IMG/VR virus record: IMGVR_UViG_3300042890_000947
Span: 22,230-86,229 of that record
DNA from: a virus
Reading direction: 5' to 3' (one strand)
Length of the DNA: 64,000 nucleotides
Positions 9,402 to 19,159 of this stretch are shown here, piece after piece (position 1 is the stretch's first letter; each line of letters begins with the position of its first letter). The notes beneath the pieces were generated by a model. That model did no database searches. It was not told the DNA's origin and saw nothing but the letters and a program-made list of their open reading frames with translations. A program made the translations under genes and the position numbers.

Positions 9402-10348
9402 TGAGTAACGCTCGTATTATGTTTGTGGTACATCGATATGCTCCATTTCCTGGTGGCTCTGAGTATTATGTGAGAGATATGGCAGAAGAATGTGTGAGAC
9501 GTGGCTATGATGTTACCGTACTTGCTCATGAGCATCAGGGCGACTTAAACGGCGTTAAAGTTACAAACGATTATAACATTCTTAATCAGCGATGGAATCT
9601 CATAGTTGTTCATGGCGGCGATGTTATCTCTCAGAATATTGTTCATGCGAATGCCTATGCTTTAAGAAAAACACCTGTTGTCTATATGATTATCAAACCG
9701 AGCGAAAGCGAAATTTGTTACAATGGATTAAAGCATCATCGATTCATAGCATATTCAACTTCTGTCGATATCAATCATATCAAGAAATTTGGATATCTTA
9801 ATAAAGCTCGGCGCATTCGTCATGGAATGAATGTTGGGCAAACCATAAAACCAAAATTGAAATATCCTAAGACAACTTTCGTTTCTGCTGGTGGTTTTTG
9901 GCCAAATAAGGCAATGGTGCCTCTTGCTCAAGAATTCATACATGCGAACATACCAAATACAGAACTCCATCTATACGGATATCATCCTGGAGAAATGCCA
10001 CCGAATACAAGTAATGTTAAGGTATTTCTTGGCAAACCAAAAGATGAAGTTGCTCAAGCTATCGCAAGTGCGGATGCTTATATTATGAATAGCTATGATG
10101 AAGGATTCGGTCTTGTTCTTTTGGAAGCAATGATGAATAAGACACCTTGGTATGCTCGTAACATTGCTGGAGCTAAAGATATGTCATCATATGGTAAAAT
10201 CTATGATAACGAATCAGAACTTATGTTGATGCTGATGAGATTTAAAAGAGTTGACAAAGAGATTGAAGATAGCTATAATTACGTCATGGCAAATCACACA
10301 ATCGAACAAACGGTAAATGATATCGAAGATATTCTATGGGAAATTTAG
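9401..10348 (+). CDS. Glycosyltransferase family 4 (GT-B)
   Basis: PFPGGSE; EGFGLVLLEAM (EX7E). Confidence 0.85.
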   Translation: MSNARIMFVVHRYAPFPGGSEYYVRDMAEECVRRGYDVTVLAHEHQGDLNGVKVTNDYNILNQRWNLIVVHGGDVISQNIVHANAYALRKTPVVYMIIKPSESEICYNGLKHHRFIAYSTSVDINHIKKFGYLNKARRIRHGMNVGQTIKPKLKYPKTTFVSAGGFWPNKAMVPLAQEFIHANIPNTELHLYGYHPGEMPPNTSNVKVFLGKPKDEVAQAIASADAYIMNSYDEGFGLVLLEAMMNKTPWYARNIAGAKDMSSYGKIYDNESELMLMLMRFKRVDKEIEDSYNYVMANHTIEQTVNDIEDILWEI

Positions 10349-11115
10349 AAGTTTCATTTGGCATCTGCCTTTCTCCAGAGTATGATGTTAATCAATTACA
10401 AAATCTCGTAGACAGTATTGGAAAACAATCTGATGCTGTCTACGAAGTTAATCTTATTGGAAAATTTAGAAACGATGTGAATCTTCCTAAAAATTCAAAC
10501 ATTATTGATTTTGATGAAACACAGAAAAAGGGTTGGATCACAAAGAAGAAGAATATACTCGTCAATAATTCAAAGTATGATATTGTCTGTCTCATACACG
10601 ATTACTATATATTACATCTCAATTGGCATGAAGGCATGAGACGTTATAATGATGAGAATCCTAATTGGAATATTCTTATGAATAGGGTGCATCGATATGA
10701 GGGTGATCGTCATAGTGACTGGCTTGTAAATCAAAAATATATGGATAAGCTTTTAGAAAAATATCCTAGTCTACATAATGAATTATACTCTGTTGCTCCC
10801 GATAACTGGAATGGCGCGAGATGGGTTTGCGGTCTGCCTTACTCCGAACAAGGTCTCACGCATCTACAATATATAAGTGGTGGATACATTCTAGCAAAGA
10901 AGAAGGTACTCACAGATGTTGTGCTAGATGAATCGTTTGTTTGGGGTCAAGCAGAAGATTTGGCATGGAGTGAAAGTGTTATTGATGCTGGTTACAAATT
11001 TCAATTTAATCCTTATTCAGACGTTTCTATACAGAAGCCTAATAAGTGGAAAGTTGGACAGATGACCGACGAATGTGTTAAAAGGCTTAAGGAGATATTT
11101 GATAATGGCCACTGA
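10336..11115 (+). CDS. Putative GT2-like glycosyltransferase
   Basis: GWITKKKN, LIHDY, LDESFVWGQAEDLAWS. Confidence 0.6.
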   Translation: MGNLEVSFGICLSPEYDVNQLQNLVDSIGKQSDAVYEVNLIGKFRNDVNLPKNSNIIDFDETQKKGWITKKKNILVNNSKYDIVCLIHDYYILHLNWHEGMRRYNDENPNWNILMNRVHRYEGDRHSDWLVNQKYMDKLLEKYPSLHNELYSVAPDNWNGARWVCGLPYSEQGLTHLQYISGGYILAKKKVLTDVVLDESFVWGQAEDLAWSESVIDAGYKFQFNPYSDVSIQKPNKWKVGQMTDECVKRLKEIFDNGH

Positions 11116-12487
11116 ATATAATAAACTAATGATATTTGATCTTGATGGTGTTTTGATCGAAAGCCGAGAACTTCATTATGAAACTCTCAATGATGCTCTG
11201 AATGCGATTGATCCAAAATATATCATTACCCGTGAAGAACATCTTTCAACTTATGATGGATTATCAACAACAACTAAGTTGAAAATTCTTGCTGCTAACA
11301 AGGGTCTACCTTCTTCCTATTTCGATCAGATTTGGCAAGATAAGCAGAAGCACACTTTTGAACGATTGAAGTCTATTTCAAAGTCATCTAAACTTATTGA
11401 AATTTGCGAATGGCTTAAAAGCAAAAACTATCGAATAGCTGTAGCATCAAACAGTATCCGAGAAACAATTAAGATTAGTCTCATGTCTCTTGGTATAATG
11501 GAATACGTTGAATACATCATGAGCAATGAAGATGTTCGACGTACAAAGCCTTATCCTGAGATGTATTGGAATTGTATGAATGCTCTTAATGCGATTCCTC
11601 GAACTACGATTATCGCAGAAGATAGTCATATTGGTAGACAGGGCGCAATAGATAGTGGTGCTGTTTTGCTTCCTATAGAAAACAGTTATGATCTAACATT
11701 AGAAAGAATACAGGATATTGTAATGAAGTTAGAAAGTGGTAGTAAGAAGTCTATTCCATGGCGTGATCAAAAACTCAATGTTCTTATTCCAATGGCAGGA
11801 GCAGGATCACGCTTCGCGGCTGCTGGATATACTTTCCCTAAGCCTCTTATCGAGGTACGTGATAAGACTATGATCCAGACAGTGGTTGATAACCTAAACA
11901 TGGAAGCAAATTATATCTTTATCGTACAGAAGGATCACTACGAGAAGTATAATCTTAAGTCTCTTCTATCTGCCATCAAGCCCGGTTGTAAAATTGTACA
12001 AGTTGAAGGCATGACAGAAGGTGCGGCTTGTACTACTCTTCTTGCGAGAGAATTGATCGACAATGATCATCCTCTTATTATGGCAAACTCCGATCAATTT
12101 GTTGAATGGAATACTAACGAAGTCATGTACGCTTTCAATGCGGATTCGATTGATGGTGGTATCCTAACATTTAAGGCAAATCATCCAAAGTGGAGCTACG
12201 CAAAACTGGATGATAATGGTTTTGTTAGTGAAGTGGCAGAGAAGAATGTGATCAGTGAAAATGCTACTGTTGGTATATATTTCTGGAAGAAGGGATCCGA
12301 TTACGTAAAATATGCCGACCAAATGATTGCGGCAAATGATAGAACAAACAACGAGTTCTATGTGTGTCCAGTATTCAACTACGCAATCAAAGACAATAAG
12401 AAAATTCGTATCAAGCAGATTGAGCGTATGTGGGGCATCGGCACTCCTGAAGACCTCAAGTATTTCTTGGAAAATCATAAAGAATGA
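11105..12487 (+). CDS. HAD phosphatase fused to sugar-phosphate nucleotidyltransferase
   Basis: FDLDGVL, KPYP, EDS; then IPMAGAGSRF..PKPLI, GAACT, NEFYVCP, GIGTPEDL. Confidence 0.85.
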   Translation: MATEYNKLMIFDLDGVLIESRELHYETLNDALNAIDPKYIITREEHLSTYDGLSTTTKLKILAANKGLPSSYFDQIWQDKQKHTFERLKSISKSSKLIEICEWLKSKNYRIAVASNSIRETIKISLMSLGIMEYVEYIMSNEDVRRTKPYPEMYWNCMNALNAIPRTTIIAEDSHIGRQGAIDSGAVLLPIENSYDLTLERIQDIVMKLESGSKKSIPWRDQKLNVLIPMAGAGSRFAAAGYTFPKPLIEVRDKTMIQTVVDNLNMEANYIFIVQKDHYEKYNLKSLLSAIKPGCKIVQVEGMTEGAACTTLLARELIDNDHPLIMANSDQFVEWNTNEVMYAFNADSIDGGILTFKANHPKWSYAKLDDNGFVSEVAEKNVISENATVGIYFWKKGSDYVKYADQMIAANDRTNNEFYVCPVFNYAIKDNKKIRIKQIERMWGIGTPEDLKYFLENHKE

Positions 12488-13200
12488 CAAACATCGCTGT
12501 AGTTCTAACTGGACATATGAGATGTTGGAAACAAGTGTTTCCAAACTTTCAAGAGAGGATTATACAGCCTTATCAGCCCGATATTTTCATTCATACATGG
12601 AATGAAGAGGGTTGGTGGATTCCTGGCGATAAGACCAATGTAAAAGGATTTCATGAAAATACTCCTGATGTAAATCATCAAGAGGTTTTTGATACATATC
12701 TTCCTAAGAGTATGGTCACAGAAGACTGGGAAGATTACAACGAGCATTTTGAAAAGTTAGGGGACACCTTTCCTAACTTTGCCCATCGCCGAAAGAATAT
12801 TCTAAGCATGTTTTATAAGATACAGCGAGGCATGTCTTTAGTTGAAGAGTATTCTGCGCGAACTGGAAAAACATACGATTTCGTAATTCGCATAAGGCCG
12901 GATATGATCTTACATCAACCGTTGCCGAGTTTTGATCCTAAAAAATTCTATACAGCAGTACATAGAAATCATTTGGGTCAAGGCACAGGAGATATGTTTC
13001 AAGCAGGGAACATGTTGAATATGGTCTTGTTTTCAAAACTATCATGTTATATTAATCACATATATAAGCAGACAGATACTCTTTGTCCACATCTTCTTTC
13101 AGAAGCATGGATTAAGATGCTTAATCTTAATTGGCAAGAAATACCTCTCAATAAAACAATACAACATACTCCACTAGGTGAATATAAGGAAATAGCATGA
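12484..13200 (+). CDS. Hypothetical glycan-biosynthesis protein
   Basis: IAVVLTGHMR, DIFIHTW, YDFVIRIRPD; glycan island context. Confidence 0.55.
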   Translation: MTNIAVVLTGHMRCWKQVFPNFQERIIQPYQPDIFIHTWNEEGWWIPGDKTNVKGFHENTPDVNHQEVFDTYLPKSMVTEDWEDYNEHFEKLGDTFPNFAHRRKNILSMFYKIQRGMSLVEEYSARTGKTYDFVIRIRPDMILHQPLPSFDPKKFYTAVHRNHLGQGTGDMFQAGNMLNMVLFSKLSCYINHIYKQTDTLCPHLLSEAWIKMLNLNWQEIPLNKTIQHTPLGEYKEIA

Positions 13201-13880
13201 GCAATTACTTTGAACAAATTTTAGCATTAAATGACGGCCCTGTTTCTTATGAGTCCGTAAGTGGTGGAAATCTTAAGATGAAGAATCACCAGTATCCATA
13301 TTCAATTAAGCAAAGCGAATTTGACTTCTTAACTGATCTAGTGACGAAGTATAATCTCCAACGCGGATATGAATGTGCCACAGCATTTGGTATCAGCAGT
13401 CTTGCTATCGGCCTAGGATTTAAAAATACTGGTGGCAGATGTGTTACAATGGATGCCTATGTCGAAGAGGTATTAGATAATCCAGGCGCATACGAAAATA
13501 TTGACCCTCTTGTGTATGAAAAGTCTGATGGATATAAGTCTGTTAACTATCTTATCGATAAGTTTGGATTGAGAGATATTTTGTATCCAGAAATTGGATG
13601 GAGTCCATATGATACAGAAAAATCTATTCGTAAGTGGATTAAAGAACCTCTTGATTTTGTATTCATTGACGCGGGCCACTTTGAGCATCAAATGATTAAA
13701 GACATTAGTTCGTTTGTTCCTTTACTTGGAGAAAAATATGTAATCGCATTTCATGATGTGTATCCATGGAGTTTCACAGACAAAGTACATGAACACCTTT
13801 ACAATCTAATAGGTAAGAGAGTTGAAATTATGTTGCCTCAGCCACACGGTGAAAATCTAGGAGTCGTGATTAACGTATGA
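13197..13880 (+). CDS. Class I SAM-dependent methyltransferase
   Basis: ECATAFGISS, LDFVFIDAGH, IAFHD. Confidence 0.75.
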   Translation: MSNYFEQILALNDGPVSYESVSGGNLKMKNHQYPYSIKQSEFDFLTDLVTKYNLQRGYECATAFGISSLAIGLGFKNTGGRCVTMDAYVEEVLDNPGAYENIDPLVYEKSDGYKSVNYLIDKFGLRDILYPEIGWSPYDTEKSIRKWIKEPLDFVFIDAGHFEHQMIKDISSFVPLLGEKYVIAFHDVYPWSFTDKVHEHLYNLIGKRVEIMLPQPHGENLGVVINV

Positions 13881-14377
13881 GAATTGTATCGCACAGAGGC
13901 AATCTTACTGGCCCAGATAAAGAAAAAGAAAATACCGAATCGTATCTAATCGAAGCCCTCGAAAGGGGCTTCGATATTGAATTTGATATTTGGTATATGG
14001 GCAGCAAGTTTTGGTTAGGACATGATAATCCTGTCAAATCATTTTCAATCGATACTCTTTTACACTGGTCTACTGTTTACATGAATCAGAATTTTTATGT
14101 TCATTGTAAAAATATGTGGGCATTAGAAGAGATGGTAAAGATTAGTAAGAGAAATATAATTCCATTCTTTCATGATATTGATCAGTGTATTCTTCTAAAA
14201 GATAATACTATCTGGGTTCATCCAAATGCTGTTAATTCCGCATCAGTAAGAGAAAATTGTATTGCTGTATTTCCTGCTTGCAAAACAATCAAATATGATA
14301 TAAACTATGATGTAGATTTTGAAAGATTTCATGGAATCTGTACAGACTATCCACTCACTTTAAGGAATAATTTGTAA
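13877..14377 (+). CDS. Glycerophosphodiester phosphodiesterase-like protein
   Basis: SHRGN, ENT, EFDIW, LGHD, HCKN, GICTDYP. Confidence 0.7.
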   Translation: MRIVSHRGNLTGPDKEKENTESYLIEALERGFDIEFDIWYMGSKFWLGHDNPVKSFSIDTLLHWSTVYMNQNFYVHCKNMWALEEMVKISKRNIIPFFHDIDQCILLKDNTIWVHPNAVNSASVRENCIAVFPACKTIKYDINYDVDFERFHGICTDYPLTLRNNL

Positions 14378-15597
14378 TGAAGGTAGCTGTTATTGGTGCA
14401 GCAGGACATGTTGGATTTCCTTTCTCACTTGTTCTAGCGGATGCTGGACATGATGTTATAGGCATTGATTGTAATCCAGCAGCATGTGTACAACTATTAG
14501 GCGGTTTTGTTCCTCATAAAGAAGAGGGAGCAAAAGAATTATTAATGAGTTTACTTAATACCAATCGCTTGACATACACAACAGATACCGAGCGATTAGA
14601 AGAATGTGATGCTGTCGCAATCATGATCGGCACTCCGGTTGATGGCGAAAGTAATCCTCGAGTTGATGATATCTTAGACTTTGTAAGATATTCTCTTGCT
14701 CCAAGCATTCGTGATAATACTCTTGTGGTTCTTCGTAGTACAGTTGCTCCTGGTACTACAGAACTTATTGAGAAAATCTTGAAAGAGGAATCATCTGTTT
14801 CTACACATGTCGTATTTGCTCCAGAACGTGTAGCGCAGGGCGTTGGCATATTGGAAAGTAAAAAGTTCCCACAACTTATTGGTGCTAGTACAGAAGACGC
14901 ATATAATCGCGCGTGTGAGCTATTTAATTTCGTGCCAGAATGTATGTGGCTAACGCAACGCGAAGCTGAGTTTGGTAAGCTCATTACTAATATGTATCGT
15001 TATGTGACATTTGCTCTTGCTAATGAATTTTACATGATCGGTACAGATCAGGGCTTAGATGTTCATAAGGTAATCGATGCTGCGAATAAAGGATACTCGC
15101 GCATGGCATTACCTAAGCCTGGACCAAACGTGGGCGGCCCATGTTTATTCAAAGATGGCAAGTTTTTACTTGAAGATGTACACTATCCAGAATTGATTCA
15201 GTCTTCATTTTTGATCAATGAAGGTATGCCACAATATATGTTTAAGATGATGATGAAGGAAAATCCTAATATCAGTAAGATTGGTATTCTTGGTGCGACA
15301 TTCAAGGCTGATTGTGATGATGCTAGAAATAGTTTAAGTTTTAAATTCGCAAAGATTTGTAAAAGAAATGGTATTGAATATGCTTTTTTTGATCCATATC
15401 TCCGTCATCCAGATAATTGGTGGCCATTAGATCACCTATTAGAAGAATTTGATGCGTTCATTGTCATGACACCTCACACAGTATTTCAGAAATTCTTTGA
15501 TAAACATATCGCTAAGAATCGCGGCACTGTGATTGCTGATGCTTGGAAATTCTTAAATCAAAGTAAAGAGACAACAGACGGAGTTTATACATTATGA
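14377..15597 (+). CDS. Nucleotide-sugar dehydrogenase (UDP-glucose/GDP-mannose family)
   Basis: Rossmann GAAGHVG, RSTVAPGTT, PERV, VGGPCLFKD, LGATFKAD. Confidence 0.9.
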   Translation: MKVAVIGAAGHVGFPFSLVLADAGHDVIGIDCNPAACVQLLGGFVPHKEEGAKELLMSLLNTNRLTYTTDTERLEECDAVAIMIGTPVDGESNPRVDDILDFVRYSLAPSIRDNTLVVLRSTVAPGTTELIEKILKEESSVSTHVVFAPERVAQGVGILESKKFPQLIGASTEDAYNRACELFNFVPECMWLTQREAEFGKLITNMYRYVTFALANEFYMIGTDQGLDVHKVIDAANKGYSRMALPKPGPNVGGPCLFKDGKFLLEDVHYPELIQSSFLINEGMPQYMFKMMMKENPNISKIGILGATFKADCDDARNSLSFKFAKICKRNGIEYAFFDPYLRHPDNWWPLDHLLEEFDAFIVMTPHTVFQKFFDKHIAKNRGTVIADAWKFLNQSKETTDGVYTL

Positions 15598-16580
15598 AAA
15601 TTTTAGTTACTGGATCCGAAGGCAGTTTGATGCAGGCTGTTATTCCCTATTTGATTGCTAACGGTCATGAAGTTGTTGGTGCTGATAGTCTATTTCGTTA
15701 TAATGAAAGAATGAATTTAGCAAAGGGTTATGACTTTGAGAAGATCGACCTTACAAATCCATTCGATGTTGACACTCTTATTGGTAGAATAAGACCCGAC
15801 TATATCATTCAAGCTGCTGCTCGAATCTTTGGCGTTGGTGGATTCAACAAGTACTGTGCGGACATTCTATACAATGATCCTATGCTACATGGTAATATTC
15901 TCCAATCTGCTGTTAATTGGAACGTAAAGCGCGTTGTCTATATATCATCAAGTATGGTGTATGAGAACTGTCCACAAAGTGTCGATGTTCCTGTATACGA
16001 AGATATGGTAGACAAGTATCCTGCTCCTTATACCGAATATGGAATGTCCAAGTATGTTGGTGAACGTATGTCTATCGCATACAAAAAGCAATATGATTTG
16101 GATTATACAATCTGGCGTCCATTCAATATCATTACGCCTTATGAAAAGTCTGAAGGTGATATTGGCACTTCGCATGTGTTTGCGGATTACATCAAGCATA
16201 TTGTAATTGAAAAAAAGAATCCTCTACCAATCATCGGTGATGGATCGCAGATAAGATGCTTCACTTGGATTGATGATGTAGCCCGAATGATTGGCACGGA
16301 ATCTTTTAATGTTAGATCACTTAATGAAACGTTCAATATAGGTAATCCTGAACCTTTAACCATGAAGCAGTTAGCATATACCATTCATGATGAAGCAGTA
16401 GAGCGCGGTCTTATTCCGCCGAGTGATCTTTCTTTCGAAACTGTTGCGGATTATTATGCTGACGTTAAAGTTCGTATTCCAGATATAAGCAAGGCGGAAA
16501 AAATGCTAAATTTCAAGTCAACAAAGAAACTTCAAGAGAGCATCAAGTACTGTCTGGATAATTTGAAAAACAATGAATAA
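15594..16580 (+). CDS. NAD-dependent epimerase/dehydratase
   Basis: LVTGSEG, SSSMVY, YGMSK, GDGSQIRCFTWIDD. Confidence 0.9.
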   Translation: MKILVTGSEGSLMQAVIPYLIANGHEVVGADSLFRYNERMNLAKGYDFEKIDLTNPFDVDTLIGRIRPDYIIQAAARIFGVGGFNKYCADILYNDPMLHGNILQSAVNWNVKRVVYISSSMVYENCPQSVDVPVYEDMVDKYPAPYTEYGMSKYVGERMSIAYKKQYDLDYTIWRPFNIITPYEKSEGDIGTSHVFADYIKHIVIEKKNPLPIIGDGSQIRCFTWIDDVARMIGTESFNVRSLNETFNIGNPEPLTMKQLAYTIHDEAVERGLIPPSDLSFETVADYYADVKVRIPDISKAEKMLNFKSTKKLQESIKYCLDNLKNNE

Positions 16581-16782
16581 TTCCATTTGTAGAAAGGTAT
16601 GTGAATATGAAGACGATCAAAGAATATGCCGAGGGTGCGGCCGCACGGCTGAGGAGATCACCGAGTGGTTCTATGCCACCAAAGAACGGAAAGTTGAAAT
16701 CGCAAAAGCCGCAAGGAAACGTTCCAAAGCCACCAAGAAAGCCAACGAGCAGAGGCAGATGATTTCACTTGACTTAGTTTAA
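16573..16782 (+). CDS. DUF1289-like small Cys-rich protein
   Basis: SICRKVC..ICRGCGRTAEEITEW. Confidence 0.7.
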   Translation: MNNSICRKVCEYEDDQRICRGCGRTAEEITEWFYATKERKVEIAKAARKRSKATKKANEQRQMISLDLV

Positions 16783-16797
16783 TTCCTATGGTATAGT
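16769..16797 (+). promoter_or_regulatory. sigma70 promoter (extended -10)
   Basis: TTGACT-N17-TATAGT with TG. Confidence 0.7.
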
Positions 16798-16829
16798 ATA
16801 CAAACTGACAAACACACAGAGGAAATGAG

Positions 16830-17057
16830 ATGGCTAGAGTTATTACCGAAGTTGAAGTTGAAGTTGACCTTGACGAGTTTGATGATCAGGAATTGATTGA
16901 GGAAGTTGAAGCTCGAGGTTTCTATGTTAGCGATGCTGATCATAACGATATCATAGCAATTGAGTACCACTGGAATCGTGGTGATAAGAAGGAAGCACTT
17001 ATTCTTCTTGAAAGAAAATTTCGTGAGTTGCGTGGCATTTCACAGTTAGCAGACTAA
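16830..17057 (+). CDS. Hypothetical acidic protein
   Basis: GAGG RBS, ORF behind promoter. Confidence 0.6.
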   Translation: MARVITEVEVEVDLDEFDDQELIEEVEARGFYVSDADHNDIIAIEYHWNRGDKKEALILLERKFRELRGISQLAD

Positions 17058-17068
17058 ATACAAATATC

Positions 17069-17142
17069 GCGGGGTTGGTATATGGGTTGTGCCCTAGCCT
17101 TCCAAGCTAGAGAAACGAGTTCGAATCTCGTACTCCGCTCCA
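17069..17142 (+). tRNA. tRNA-Gly(TCC)
   Basis: Cloverleaf, CTAGC-CTTCCAA-GCTAG, TTCGAAT, U73 CCA. Confidence 0.9.
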
Positions 17143-17161
17143 TTCATTATGAGGTGACATT

Positions 17162-17404
17162 ATGTCCATTTGGTATATCATTCTTTTTACAGTTCTGGCT
17201 GACGGTAAGGCTACCGTTGATACCAGATATCCTAACACTCCCGAATACAACAACGAGAAGACTTGTAATGATGTAGGCAACTATCTCATGGAACAAGAAC
17301 AGGCCAAGATCGGCACTGATGCTGGTTCTGTCTATTACATTTGTAAGGAAATTACTGGCGAAGAAATCAACAAGGCAATTGGCAAGACTGGAAGCGGCAC
17401 CTAA
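17162..17404 (+). CDS. Hypothetical exported protein
   Basis: GAGG RBS, hydrophobic N-term, two Cys. Confidence 0.55.
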   Translation: MSIWYIILFTVLADGKATVDTRYPNTPEYNNEKTCNDVGNYLMEQEQAKIGTDAGSVYYICKEITGEEINKAIGKTGSGT

Positions 17405-17571
17405 TGAATAACTTTACTCTAGATGAGTTCATTGAGAATGAAGATGGCAGTGCGACTATTGCCGTGACTATGGATTACGATACTCTTTTAGTGTTCGCGC
17501 GAAAGGGTATTTTAGCCACTCTGATTGAATCTGCTAATAAGATTATTGAAGAACAGGAAACTAAAGAGTGA
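17404..17571 (+). CDS. Hypothetical protein (55 aa)
   Basis: MNNFTLDEFIENEDGSATI...; coupled stop/start at both ends. Confidence 0.5.
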   Translation: MNNFTLDEFIENEDGSATIAVTMDYDTLLVFARKGILATLIESANKIIEEQETKE

Positions 17572-18164
17572 AGGTTTATATCGGCCCATATTGTAACTGG
17601 ATTGGTCCATACCAGATCGCAGAAAAGATCCTGTTCTGGATGGACAAAGAGAAAGACGAGCGTGTTCATAATTTTGGCTCTTGGCTCGCTGATACATGGG
17701 TTGGCAATTTTTGTGATTGGATACACAGTAAGAAGGAACGCAATGTCAAGGTTCGTATTGATAAGTATGATACTTGGAATATGGATCATACTCTCGCTCT
17801 TATCGTTCTTCCTATGTTAAAGCAACTCAAAGCTACCAAGCACGGTTCTCCTTATACTGACGATGAAGATGTGCCTGAGCATCTTCGGTCTAACGCAGAT
17901 CGTATTAAGATGGGTGATCCTGATATTCGTGAGACTGAAATCTGGGATCCTGATGACACTATTCATGTTCGTTGGAATTGGGTTATGGATGAAATGATCT
18001 ATGCTTTTGAAATGGAACTTGATGAAGATTGGGATTTGCGAATCTATGAAAAGCATGGCAAAGATTGGCCACCCGAAGCATTAGCAGAACGCAAAGTAAT
18101 CAATGATCGTATCGCAAACGGCTTTCGTCTCTTTGGCAAATATTATCAAGGACTATGGGACTGA
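17568..18164 (+). CDS. Hypothetical phage protein
   Basis: DTWNMDHTLA..LKATKHGSP..GFRLFGKYYQGLWD. Confidence 0.65.
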   Translation: MKVYIGPYCNWIGPYQIAEKILFWMDKEKDERVHNFGSWLADTWVGNFCDWIHSKKERNVKVRIDKYDTWNMDHTLALIVLPMLKQLKATKHGSPYTDDEDVPEHLRSNADRIKMGDPDIRETEIWDPDDTIHVRWNWVMDEMIYAFEMELDEDWDLRIYEKHGKDWPPEALAERKVINDRIANGFRLFGKYYQGLWD

Positions 18165-18418
18165 TGAAGTGTAATACCTGTGAACAAGAGTTCTATTCTT
18201 CAACAAAACAAAACATGGAACATAGTCATGGGTGTGCCGCAACTCTCTATTTGATGAATGGAGACTTTTATATTATCGCTCAGTATGGCTCTTTCTATGA
18301 TATGCAAAAATTTGCCTTGAAGAAAGATAAATATAAGACAGGTAATGTTTGTGATGATTGTATTGGTAAACTTATAGAGAATGGTCGCGCGTGGGTAATA
18401 GAAGACGGAGTATGGTAA
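18164..18418 (+). CDS. Hypothetical Cys-containing protein
   Basis: CNTC / CDDC; coupled start. Confidence 0.5.
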   Translation: MKCNTCEQEFYSSTKQNMEHSHGCAATLYLMNGDFYIIAQYGSFYDMQKFALKKDKYKTGNVCDDCIGKLIENGRAWVIEDGVW

Positions 18419-18439
18419 CCCTTTAGAAGGAATAGAACT

Positions 18440-18640
18440 ATGACTTATCAAACTATTTCCGAAGAAATTATTAAACAAGCAGCAGAACTATCCGGCCCCG
18501 ACAGCAACTTCCATATAGCAATAAAATACGCAGAAGACTATAGACAAGCAGGGTTAAACCCTGTATACTATACTGATGACAGCGAACGAATGATATTCGT
18601 TACCACCGAAGAAAAAATGAACGGCACAATATTTAATTAA
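18440..18640 (+). CDS. Hypothetical protein
   Basis: ORF with RBS in operon. Confidence 0.5.
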   Translation: MTYQTISEEIIKQAAELSGPDSNFHIAIKYAEDYRQAGLNPVYYTDDSERMIFVTTEEKMNGTIFN

Positions 18641-18656
18641 TTTGGAGAAGTATATA

Positions 18657-18839
18657 ATGAATATTCTTGAAACTCAGTTCGTACAACGCGCTTATGATGG
18701 TAAGTGGGAGAAGCTTGCTAAGGTTATGGACTATGATAACAAGTGTGTCTATAAGACCGAGAGTGGTAATCGGATGACATATGTCCCTGAAAAGTGGATG
18801 ACAGTTGGAGTGTTTGATTACATGATGGAGTTGGAATAA
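18657..18839 (+). CDS. Hypothetical protein
   Basis: GGAG RBS; coupled to next gene. Confidence 0.5.
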   Translation: MNILETQFVQRAYDGKWEKLAKVMDYDNKCVYKTESGNRMTYVPEKWMTVGVFDYMMELE

Positions 18840-19159
18840 TGGCCGCTAATGTAAAGATTCTAAGACTTGTTACAGGTGAAGAGTTACTTGGTGAAGTTAC
18901 GGAATCATCACCTATTCCAACAAGTGTGATAATCAAGAATCCTGTTCGTATCGTTGTAATGCCTAACAAGGTTGATCCTAAGACTCCAAATGTAGGCTTT
19001 GCTCCATGGGCAGAATTTAGTGATGACAAGACATTTACTATTGACAAGTCTCATATTCTTGCTATAATCAATCCTATCAAAGAGTTTATCAATCAATATA
19101 ATTCCATGTTTGGTGGACTTGTTGTACCTTCCAGTAATCTTATCATGCCAGGAGCTTAA
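18839..19159 (+). CDS. Conserved T4-like Sm-fold protein upstream of gp43
   Basis: VKILRLVTGEELLG..KNP..GFAPW..YNSMFG. Confidence 0.7.
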   Translation: MAANVKILRLVTGEELLGEVTESSPIPTSVIIKNPVRIVVMPNKVDPKTPNVGFAPWAEFSDDKTFTIDKSHILAIINPIKEFINQYNSMFGGLVVPSSNLIMPGA

